64,000 nucleotides of DNA. It comes from Isurus oxyrinchus (lineage: Eukaryota). The stretch's first letter is position 1, and the number at the start of each line of letters is the position of its first letter. A program made the translations under genes and the position numbers. Where the stretch lies: contig JANJGN010000021.1 in NCBI GenBank assembly GCA_026770705.1, positions 100,812,001 through 100,876,000 of the forward strand, given 5' to 3'. A model generated the notes under the pieces. The model searched no databases and was not told where the DNA came from. It saw only the letters and a program-made list of their open reading frames with translations. Below are positions 41,711-52,434 of the stretch, piece by piece.

Positions 41711-42812
41711 GTAAGCGACTCGGCTGCCTGCACAATCGGGGCAAGCAAGGGAGGGGAAGATCAACATAGAAACATAGAAACTAGGAGCAGGAGTAGGCCA
41801 TTCGGCCCTTCGAGCCTGCTCCATCATTCATTATGGTCATGGCTGATCGTCCAACTCAATAGCCTGCTCCTGTTTTCTCTCCATATGCTTTGATCCTTTT
41901 CGCCCCAAGAGCTATATCTAACTCCTTATTGAAAACATACAATGTTTCGGCCTCAGCTACTTTCTGTGGTAACAAATTCCACAGGCTCACCACTCTCTGG
42001 GTGAGGAAATTTCTCCTCATCTCAGTCCGAAATGGTCTACCCCGTATCCTCAGACTGTGATCCCTGGTTCTGGACTCCCTCACCATCAGGAACACCCTTC
42101 CTGCATCTACCCTGTTAGAATTTTATAGCCTTCTATGAGATCCCCCCTCATTCTTCTGAACTCCAGCGAATATAATCCTAACCGACTCAATCTCTCCTCA
42201 TATATCAGTCCCGCCATCTCAGGAATCAGTCGGGTAAACCTTCGCTGCACTCCTTCTATAGCAAGTACATCCTTCCTCAGATGAGGAGACCAAAATTGCA
42301 CACAATATTCCAGGTGTCAGTGTGGTGGCCCTGTCTGTGACTGGTCCCTATGCTGGGATAGCGGCCCTACGGGGAATGCCGGAGGCAGAGACGCTCTCAG
42401 CGACAGATTTGATTCTATTGAACAAGTTTATATAACCGATCACTTGCCGGGGGTGAGATTGAACAGGTGGGGAGGGGGTGTGGAACGGGCGATATGGCTT
42501 TTAGAGCCCGTCGTACCACACATCCAATATTCAGTGTTACTGAAGCCAGTGGAATTGAATATGGGGCGATGCTTATAAGGGGCGATCAATGTCACATCAA
42601 TTGTTTTGTCCGATTTCACCCCGGTTTATGTTTAAGTAGCGGAGGAAGCTTCATGTTAAAAAATAGCACATGTTGGAGAACATGTTGTTTGGTTGCATAG
42701 TTACAACCAGGAGTGCGCTGATAAAAGGAAATCTTCATGGCTTGTGTAACCATTCAGTCCGGCTTCTATTGCGCTTCAAATCAGATAGTATCATTTTTCT
42801 TTATATTTCCAG

Positions 42813-42844
42813 AAGTTATGGCTGAGTTCAGAGTTATCCAGTAA
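42813..42844 (+). pseudogene. Truncated VB exon stub 2 (EVMAEFRVIQ*)
   Basis: As stub 1; in-frame TAA at 42842-42844. Confidence 0.8.
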
Positions 42845-43779
42845 TCCTTTTCCATAATCTTGGAGACCTCTATGACGTCAGTCCTGCGTTTCGTCTTTTC
42901 TAAAGGAAAGAGTACCGGCCTGCTTAATAATTCCTCATAGGGGTGACCTCTCAGTTGTGGTACTATTCTGGCAAATCGTGCTTGCACATTCTCTGTGCCT
43001 CTATGTGGCTATTTATGATATGGAGACCAGGGCTGAGCACGTTAATTTAAGTATAGCCTAATCAACAGTTAATATGATTCAAATCTTAACAAATTCTGCT
43101 TTGGCGAAGAACTGAATGGACATAAAATCCGCTGTTCGCGGAATGATGCAGCGCCGAAGAGCCCATTCTGGCTATCATATCGGTGTCAGCTCTTCAAAAG
43201 CCCCTCCTAGTTAGACCCTGCCCTTTCCCCCAAGAGCCTGTCAATGTTTCGCTTTGAAGGATACGACCATTTTCCTTTTCGTGAGTTATTATTGGACCTG
43301 CTTCCGCCACCCTTTCATTCCAAGTGGCACATTCCAGGTCAGAACAACTTCGCTGCGATAAGAGCAAATTGACCGCGGATGCTGAAAATTTGAAACAAGA
43401 ACCAGAAAATACTGGGCAAGAAAAAACTCAGCAGTGACAGCATCTGAAGAAGAGTCATGGGGACTCGAAACGTTAACTCGGTCTTTCTCTCCACAGATGC
43501 TGTCAGACCTGCTGAGCCTTTTCCAGCACTTTCTTTTTTTGTCGCTGTGATAAAACCTTGGTTAACATTGCGCTGAACTACCTCCGCTGCCACGCACACC
43601 CCAACCCCTCCATACCCCCCCCCCCCTCCAACACACACACACACACACAGAGACCTCATCACTGCACTTTGTTTGCCCATCTTCAACCATTCCCAATGTA
43701 AGCGCTCTTGCACCACTGTCTCTCTAAGTCCCAATTTCCACTCGGATAACAGAAACTGTTGCTTTCTCCTTCTTTCCAG

Positions 43780-44121
43780 GAATTGACGCCGAGAAGTTCA
43801 GTGTTTTTCAAAAGCTGCCCAGGATTCTGGCGCAAGTGGGGCAGACAGTGCACATCCCCTGTAGCTTCACGGCCAACATCAACAAGGCGATAGGGTCTTA
43901 TCAATGGTACCAGGGCGGCAGGAATGGCACTGAGGTTTCCAATGAGACAGCAGAGTACAGAGGGCGGATCCTCAAATCCGGAGAAGATTTTATGCAAGCC
44001 CGAGACGCCTCCATTCTAATAAGGGACGTGAGAGTGAACGATTCCGGACTGTATTACTGCAAGGTTACATTGATGCAACTGGGCGAGGAATACGGAGCAG
44101 GGACAGAGCTGACTGTGAGAG
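43780..44121 (+). CDS. Ig V-set exon VA3, NKp30-like
   Basis: 342 bp, open frame, intact AG/GT, 7 aa differences from VA1. Confidence 0.9.
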
Positions 44122-45227
44122 GTAAGCGACTCGGCTGCGTGCCCAATCGGGGCGAGCAAGGGAGGGGCAGATCAACATAGAAACATAGAAACTAGGAGCA
44201 GGAGTAGGCCATACGGCCCTGCGAGCCTGTTCCTCCATTCATTATGATCATGGCTGATCGTCCAACTCAATCACTTGCTCCCGTTTTCTCTCCATATCCT
44301 TTGACCCCTTTCGCCCCAAGAGCTATGTCCAATTCTTCTTGAAAACATACAATGTTTCGGCCTCAGCTACTTTCTGTGGTAACAAATTCCACAGGTTCAC
44401 CACTCTCTGGGTGAAGAAATTTCTCCTCTCCTCAGTCCTAAATGGTCTACCCTGTATCCTCAGACTGTGACCCCTGGTTCCGGACTCCCCCACCATCGGG
44501 AACATCCTGCATCTATCCTGTCTAGTCCTGTTAGAATTTTATAGGCATCTATGAGATCACCCTCATTCTTCTGAACTCCAGCGAATATAATCCTAACCGA
44601 CTCAATCTCTCCTCATATGTCAGTCCTGTCATCTGAGGAATCAGTCGGGTAAACCTTCGCTGCACTCCCTCTATAGCAAGTACATCCTTCCTCAGATGAT
44701 AAGATCAAAACTGCACACAATATTCCAGGTGTCAGTGTGGTGGCCCTGTCTGTGACTGGCCCCTATGCTGGGATAACGGCCCTACGGGGAATGCCGGAGG
44801 CAGAGACGCACTCAGCGACAGAGATGAGACCATTGAACCATTTTAAATTACCGATCACTTGCCGGGGTTGAGATTGAACAGGTGGGCAGGGGGAGTGGAA
44901 CAGGCGACGTGGCTTTTAGAGCCCGTCGTACCACACATCCAATATTCAGTGTTACTGAAGCCAGTGGAATTGAATATGGGGCGATGCCTATAAGGGGCGA
45001 TCAATGTCACGTCACTTGCTTTGTCCGATTTCACCCCCGTTTATGTCTAAGTAGCGGAGGAAGCTTCATGTTAAAAAATAGCACATGTTGGAGAACATGT
45101 TGTTTGGTTGCATAGTTACAACCAGGAGTGCGCTGATAAAAGGAAATCTTCATGGCTTGTGTAACCATTCAGTCCGGCTTCTATTGCGCTTCAAATCAGA
45201 TAGTATCAATTTTCTTTATAGTTCCAG

Positions 45228-45560
45228 AAATTAAGGCTGAGTTCAGAGTTATTCAGGAGTTGTCGAGTATTCAGGTTGTGGAAGGACAGACAGCGTTCAT
45301 CTCCTGTACGCACACAGCCAATGTCTGTCGTGAAACAGAGTATTATAAATGGTACAAGGATGCCAGAAACGGAACTGAAATTTCTAACGGGACAGCAGAA
45401 TACAAATGACGTTTCTTCGGGCCGAAACAATAGGACATTTTTAACGCTTCCATTCAAATAAATGACTTGAGGGTGCACGATTCCGGGATGTGTTACTGCC
45501 GCGTGACAATGAGAGGTGTCTGCGAGGAATATGGAGCAAGGACACAGCTCGCTGTGAGGG
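45228..45560 (+). pseudogene. Second-type NKp30-like V exon (VB) with two in-frame stops
   Basis: EIKAEFRVIQ..FISCTH..YKWY..EISNGTAEYK*RFFGPKQ*DIFNASIQINDLRVHDSGMCYCRV..YGARTQLAVR; TGA 45407-45409, TAG 45431-45433; splice sites retained, 333 bp. Confidence 0.88.
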
Positions 45561-45629
45561 GTAACTTATTCTCCCGCCTGAAATAACATGGAAGTGAAAT
45601 TACCATTGTCCATATATTCTGGAGCTGGA

Positions 45630-45967
45630 TAACACTGGGGGGTCACACACTGTCCTCCCCCCACCCCCCTCGCCACCCCACCGTGCGACGGGCTGGGGCC
45701 ATGGGTCAGACACTGCCCTTTCCCCCCACCCCCGTGAATGGCTGGGGCAGCGGGTCAGACACTGTCCTTTCCCCCTCTGAGACTGGGTGGGACAGTGGGT
45801 TAGACGCTGTCCTTTCCCCCTCTGGGACTGGGTGGGATGGTGGGTCAGACACTGTCCTTCCCCCCCCCCCCCACCCCCCCCCCCCCCCGGGACTGGGTGG
45901 GACAGTGGGTCAGACACTGTCCTTTCCCCGTCTGGGACTGGGTGGGACAGTGGGTCAGACACTGTCT
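45630..45967 (+). repeat. GC-rich ~45-bp minisatellite
   Basis: Unit cactgtcctttccccctctgggactgggtgggacagtgggtcaga, ~6 copies. Confidence 0.8.
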
Positions 45968-45971
45968 TTAT

Positions 45972-46120
45972 CCCTTCGACAGAACTTCTGTCGAAGGGTC
46001 ATGAGGACTCGAAACGTCAACTCTTCTTCTCCGCCGATGCTGCCAGACCTGCTGAGTTTTTCCAGGTAATTCTGTTTTTGTTTTGGATTTCCAGCATCCG
46101 CAGTTTTTTTGTTTTTATCT
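45972..46120 (+). mobile_element. Penelope pLTR end with short fold-back and CTGTCGA hammerhead variant
   Basis: cccttcgacagaa-c-ttctgtcgaaggg; near-identical to 47515-47649. Confidence 0.8.
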
Positions 46121-46937
46121 CTGTGTTTTGAGCACAGTGTTAAGTTCGCTGTGAAGCAATTATCACCCTTTCCCTCACCTTTCCCCCACCATCCTGATTC
46201 CCTGACATTCTAGTTAGTGGGAACTTATAACAAGCAAATCGGAAGTCTGTAATCTATGAAGGAGCTTGGTTGCTTGGTTGTCAGTTTGCAAGTCAACTCG
46301 GAAAAGTATTCTGAAATCAAGAAAAGCTTCAAGTCTAATAACTAATTGAATATGCCAATGAAGCAATGTACTTATAATCTCTTGGATAGACTGGAATGCA
46401 CAAGTGGGGAAGTGATGGTACAGGTGCTTAGAGTTCTGTTTGGACCACATTTGAAGTAGTGCATTCACTTTCACTCAGCAAAAGAAGTATTTGCCTTGGA
46501 CATCCACAACCCTGATTCACCACAATTAGACTTGGATGTGGTGTTTAAGTTGATTAAAGGGTTTGGTACTGTGCATGGAGATAAATTATTTCATCCGATG
46601 GGAGGGTCAAGAACAATGGCTCATGACTTCTAAATTTAAGATTCGCAATTGAATAGTGAAGCCAGGAAGCAGCACTTCACATGAAAGCTGATGGAAATTT
46701 GAAACTCCCTCTGATAAAACTGTTCAACTCAGGAAAGCTGAAAATTTCACAAGTGAATTGTATAGACTTAATTAGACAATGATAGCAAGGGATACGGTAC
46801 ATGAATGGGTAGATGGAGTTAAGATTCTGATCAACTGTGATCTAATTGAAAGATGGAATGGATATTGGTAGGGCTGAATGGCCTCATCTTGTTCCTCTGA
46901 CGCAATGTTTCTATCTGACTTGCTCTCTTCTCCATAG

Positions 46938-47051
46938 AGAAAACAAAACCTGTCAAGAGCCTATTGTCAATCCTGATCATCAGCAGCGTGGTGGAATTGG
47001 GCCTCCTTCTGCTTGCCACACCCTACTGTGTGAAGTTAAGCAGAATGAATG
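46938..47051 (+). CDS. Transmembrane exon EKTKPVKSLLSILIISSVVELGLLLLATPYCVKLSRMN
   Basis: Polypyrimidine tract + catag acceptor, G|gtaaag donor, phase 1/1, hydrophobic stretch followed by basic residues. Confidence 0.8.
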
Positions 47052-47369
47052 GTAAAGGTGTGTATCTTTGGCTGATTGGCAGGTGTTATGGTTGTAAAAT
47101 ATTGCGCTGTGAGATTTAGATTTGTATATTTAATGTTGAGGTATGCATTTGGCAGCGGTAGGAATACAGGGGAGAATGAGAAGAGTAATATAGTAGAGAT
47201 GGTACTTGACCAGTAACACACTGGTGGCCAGTGAAAACCATACTCTAGTTCAAGGGTCATGTGATGATTTGATAGTGTGGGGAATGTTTATGAAAGTAAC
47301 ATAATTTTGGAAAAACGCAGATGGGGATCTATTCATGCTTTGACCTGCAAGTAACTTCAGGTAACTCAT

Positions 47370-47649
47370 AAAAAACAAAAACAGAATTACCTGGAAAAAC
47401 TCAGCAGGTCTGGCAGCATCGGCGGAGAAGAAAAGAGTTGACGTTTCGAGTCCTCATGACCCTTCGACAGAACTTGATTTCGAGTCCAAGTTCTTTCTTG
47501 GACTCGAAATCAAGTTCTGTCGAAGGGTCATGAGGACTCGAAACGTCAACTCTTTTCTTCTCCGCCGATGCTGCCAGACCTGCTGAGTTTTTCCAGGTAA
47601 TTCTGTTTTTGTTTTGGATTTCCAGCATCCACAGTTTTCTTTGTTTTTA
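47370..47649. mobile_element. Young palindromic Penelope pLTR insertion
   Basis: Perfect arms 47372-47490 and 47497-47615; TSD TTCAGGTAACTCAT at 47356-47369 and 47650-47663. Confidence 0.92.
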
Positions 47650-47889
47650 TTCAGGTAACTCATGATGCTCTCTCAAGTACAAGCTAGTTAGTTATAATAG
47701 CAGTTCCTTCAAGAAAAAAAGCTAATTAACACCCTCCCAGGGAAATTATGAATGGATTAAAAAATTATCTTAATGAACAATTTTTAAAAAAATTGATGTG
47801 CATCCCGAAATCATGCAATGTAGCAATCGAAATTTAAGAGCCACTGTGTAATTTGTGTGCAGCAGAGTAGGAAATTGTTCTGGATATAC

Positions 47890-48558
47890 AAACATATCAA
47901 TTGAAAGCAGGAATAGGCCATTGCGCCCCCCCCCCCCCCCACCACCCCACCCCCCACCCACTCCTAAGCCTGCTCCACCATTCAATAAGATCATGGCTGA
48001 TCTGATTGTGGCCTCATTTCTATGTTCCACCTACCCCCCAATAACCTTTGACAAGGCATGAATCTATATAGCTCTGCCTTAAAAGATATCCATTGTTCCG
48101 GCCTCCACACCTCTGTGGGGAAGAGAGTTCCAAAGAAAAAATAATTCTTCTCATCTCCGTCTTAAATGGGAATCTTCTTATTTTTCAACGGTGTCCCCTA
48201 GTTCTAGTCTTCCTCATTAGGGGAAACATCCTCTCAACATCCAGCCTGTCAAGTCCTTGCAGGATCCTGTATGTTTCAATAAGATCACCTCTCAATCTTC
48301 TAAACTCCAGTGGATACAGGCCTAGCCTGTCCAACCTTTCCTCATAAGATAACCACCACCTCCATGCCACCACCCCAGGTATCTGTCAAGTGAACATTCT
48401 CTGAGCTGCTTCTAACATATTTATAGACTTTCTTAAGTAAGGAGACAAAAACTGTACACAGTACTCTAGATGTGGCCTCACCAAGGGCAGCAAAATGCCC
48501 TTACTTTCATATTTCATTCCTCAGGCAATAAACGGTAACATTCTATTTCCCTTCCTAA
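47890..48558 (-). mobile_element. CR1 3' fragment
   Basis: LSYEERLDRLGLYPLEFRRLRGDLIE. Confidence 0.85.
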
Positions 48559-50396
48559 TGTTAATGCCACATGGTCAGTATCGCCTGGCTGCCCGTAACT
48601 TGTCCATCCAATATTCAGTCATTTTATTTACTCATTCATGAGATGTGTGCATCATTAGTAAGGCCTGTATTTATTGTCCATCTCTAGTTCTTCTTTGAGA
48701 CAACTGTGAGACTTGCCATGCCACTTCAGAGGACAGTTAAGAAGCAGCCACATGTGTGAACCAGACCAGTTTTTGTATGTCAATTTCATGGTTGTTCTTG
48801 CTAGCCTTCTAATTCTAGATGTCTGAACTTGTTTATAATCCTTCAGAGGATGTGAGTACCGCTGGCCAGGCAGCATTTGTTGATCACCCCAAATTGCTCT
48901 TGAGAAGTTGGTGGTGAACAACCGCAGCCCAATTACTTAACTGAATTTAACTTCCTGTGCTGACTTGCTGTCTTTGAAACTCATGTCTCCTGATCAGTAG
49001 CCTGGGCCTCTGAATTACTGGCTCAGTAACCTAATCACTATGCAACTCTACCAATTTAATATACTGGATCTGAATATTGGGTGGTACATTTAACAGGCTG
49101 CCAACCCAATACTGATCATGGCACGCTATTCCTCAAGGTTATACCTACAACGTCTCTCACTTTGGTTGTTTCATGGAGGTTTGCAAAGAGCTGCCTTCTC
49201 CCCTCACTGGTATCTGCTCGAATTTTCAATCAGAAAACTGTTCATAAATGCAACTTGAGGCAATTGCAAATAAATAGGACATGGACATAGGCATCACATC
49301 TCAGTTGCCTCCCCAAGGCTGCATGGTCCAATAAGATAAGCGTTTGGACACCTTCTGATCTGGCAGTTAGCATTACATATCCGATGCTTTGTCATTATGC
49401 TATGGGAAATAGATGCACAAAGTTTTATTGGGATTCTTGTTTTATCCGTTACTTTAACTTAAAGGCAAACATGTCCAAATTAACAGGAAAATCTATCACA
49501 TAAAATAGCAATTTAATTAAAACCTACTGATACACTGATTTTCACATGACAACCAAGTATAAAAGTTTAGAACAGTAATATTTCCATAGAAATTATAGAA
49601 TAGAATCAGCCTATTCAGCCCAACTAGCAATGTCAATTGTTCGCTGAGCTTCCTCCCTCCCTACTTCATCAAACTGTATCAACATAACCTCCAATACTTC
49701 CTTTCTCATGTACTTATCTGACATCCCCTTAAATGCATCTCAGCTATTTTCCTTGATTGCTTCATGAGCTAGCAGCATTCTAGCCACATTGTTGGTAAAG
49801 ACGTTTCACCTTCCTGCATTTAATATCTAACTATCTAACTGTTTATTTATCTAACTGTCTTATCTATCTATCTGCATATCCATCTATCCATCAGCCCCCC
49901 ACCCCCATCAGTCCCTCCACCTGTCTGTCCATCCCTCTGTCCTTTCATCCCTCCCTCCCTCCATCTGATTGTCCTCCGTCTGTCCATCCTTCCATCCATC
50001 AATCCTTCCATCCTTCCATCTGTCCCTCTGTCCATCCCTCTGTCTGCCCTCCCATCTGTCCATCCCTTTGTTCCTCCGTCTGTCCCTCCATCCATCTACT
50101 CCTCCGCCCATCCATCTGCCCATCCACCAGTTATACACTCAACCTTCAAGCGGAAATATCTTCTCTATGTTGACCCCTGAAAGACTCTCAGAATTTCTCT
50201 TAGGCCGCCCTCAATCAATTTGCATTTATATGATACATTTTCATGTTTCTCATACACACTGAATCACTTGGCACATACTTTGAAGCGAAGTTACTATTTC
50301 TCCATGTGTAGAACTTGTAGCATCAAGTAATAAAAGTTAATTGAAACGTTATGTCATTTGTAATCCAATTTTCTTTCTCATCTCCTTATTCATTAG

Positions 50397-50415
50397 ACAC
50401 TCAACAGGCTCAAAG
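50397..50415 (+). CDS. Cytoplasmic micro-exon 1 (DTQQAQ-R)
   Basis: Long pyrimidine tract + cattag; AG|gtgagt donor; phase 1 to 2. Confidence 0.6.
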
Positions 50416-50759
50416 GTGAGTAATTATCAGCATATATATTCATATGTTACGAAATGCACACAGTTAACATTCAAAGTAATTGAAGGAGTTTTCATCCGGG
50501 TGGGGTTGGGGCATCAAAGGGAGGTAGAGGCCTAAACCTTCATCACTTAAAAAAAACTTGGATATGCAGTTGGGGTGGCACAACCTACAGATCTAAGGGC
50601 CAAGAACTGGGGAGCCATATTTGGCTGGAAAGCTCATTTCTGGCTAGCACAGACAAGAGATGCCAAAAAGTCAGCTTCTGTGCCTTAAATCTTTCTTTGT
50701 TTTGATGGTTTTATTTAATGAGAAAATATGGTTGAGTTTTTCATTTTCTTCCTTTCCAG

Positions 50760-50797
50760 ACAAGATACAGTTATTCCAGAAATTGCTTGCATGGAGG
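50760..50797 (+). CDS. Cytoplasmic exon 2 (QDTVIPEIACME)
   Basis: tttccag acceptor; G|gtaagt donor; phase 2 to 1, continues frame. Confidence 0.65.
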
Positions 50798-52393
50798 GTA
50801 AGTAAAGCTGATTTTATGTCATGGACAACAATATCAGCTTCTATGGGGGTATTAGAACCAGAGGTTTTCCATTTATGTGGTTTAAACATGCTTAAAAGTT
50901 TGCAATTTAGTACTCAAGTTATGGTTCAGAAACACCAGGCTGTTCATGCATTACAGTTGGCTTAACTCATTTTTTTAAAAATAAAACTTCATTACATTTT
51001 ACACATCCTCAGCCTCTGAAGGCATCACTTAGTTTTCTTCTCTTCTATTTGACAAAAATGTCATGTCAATAAATGCAATTCCATCTTACAACAGGCCTTC
51101 AGTCCGCAGTTTGTATTAGTGTACATTGGAGAAGCTCAAAGTTGTGTAAGGAAAGCATAATTACAATCCCTGGGAAACAGATACATTATTGAAGGAAGGG
51201 AAAAATTGCAGGGATGTGTGGAAAGAGTGAGGAAATGCGAGGAACTCAATTGCTCTGCGAAAGGGCCAGGACAGATTCAATGAGCATCACCCTGTACTGT
51301 GCATTTCTACTCTGTGATTCTATTCTATTTATGACATTAGTGAACAAATGCACAAGACATCCCACTGTCTGATCTTATAAGATACTTTAGGGTTGAAATT
51401 GGATTTGATTGGAGTCACAGAAATGCTGGAATCATATTTTATTGATCATTATACCAGACGCCTGATATTCACGTCTATCAAATTCAATATTGAATATTAA
51501 CTGTGTAGGTCTTCAATGTGATTGCACGCAACATCTGTTCTACCTCCCAAACCATAACCCTGTCCATTGGTTGAGATGTAATATTGCACAGGGTACAAAA
51601 CCAGTGTTTCAAGCAATCTCTTTAGTTTCCCCATCAGTATTGAAATTGTAATTGTTTCAATTGACTTTGTTGAAATATAGAACCGACTTTGTTTCTTTTA
51701 AAATGCAGTCACTTGATTTGGCACACATTACCTGCAGAAAGTATTTCTTGAAATGCAAGTTATGCAATGAAACTTGATTCTTTATTAACACCCATAAGAA
51801 AAAGTTGCAGCTATTTTGGACAACTATTACTGGAATCTTCCTGAAGCACTGGATGGCTAATTAATTAATTTGTACACTGCAAGGTCACACAATCAGCAAG
51901 TGAGAGTATTAGGCATTAAATTGGTTCTCATTGGGATTGCTTGTAGGAAGTATTTTGAACAGTGCAATGCGAGAGCACCCTACTCTTCTTTGGATGGTGT
52001 ATTTGGATCTTATGTCCTCCAGAAGAGGCAGTCAGGGTTTCTGTTTAAAATCTCACTGACTGAGGAACTTCTGACAATGCAACATTCACTCAGTACTGGA
52101 TGAAAATGATAGGAAGAGCATTCTTCTCAGGCTTTGGAGTGCAACTTGAATCCACGACCTTCACCATTCAGTGTTACAAACTAAGCAAAGCTGGAATGGC
52201 TAAACAATCTCATAGATATGCTTGTGAGGCATCTTACATATAATAAACACTTACTATAAACAAAACCTATACTTGTAACATTTTGTTCCATCAAGAATTG
52301 CCATTATTATAAAGAAGTGCAACCTCGTACTCACCACGAGCAATGCCAGGGAACATATACCTGTATGTCTCATATTTATAATTTGTTTTGCAG

Positions 52394-52434
52394 ATAATAT
52401 AACATCGGTTCTATTGAATGAAGTGGAAGATATG
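52394..52434 (+). CDS. Cytoplasmic exon 3 (DNITSVLLNEVEDM)
   Basis: ttttgcag acceptor; ATG|gtaaga donor; phase 1 to 0, continues frame. Confidence 0.6.

Larger units (their letters stand above)
38910..45255 (+). repeat. Tandem duplication, ~2.4-kb unit (VA exon + antisense CR1 + spacer + VB start), ~2.6 copies
   Basis: V exon starts 2402 and 2411 bp apart; shared intronic sequence. Confidence 0.95.

Noticed and set aside
40075-45115. Three repeated 77-aa ORFs (MGRG..TCCLVA)
   Set aside because: GTG-started intronic frames repeated only because of the tandem duplication; no domain features
45630-45967. CRISPR-like array
   Set aside because: Vertebrate minisatellite with no unique spacers and no cas genes
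38967-46150. Rearranging Ig/TCR V segments
   Set aside because: Each V exon already contains the J-like GxGT strand and ends in a splice donor; no RSS abuts them; CACAGTG at 46133 has no nonamer
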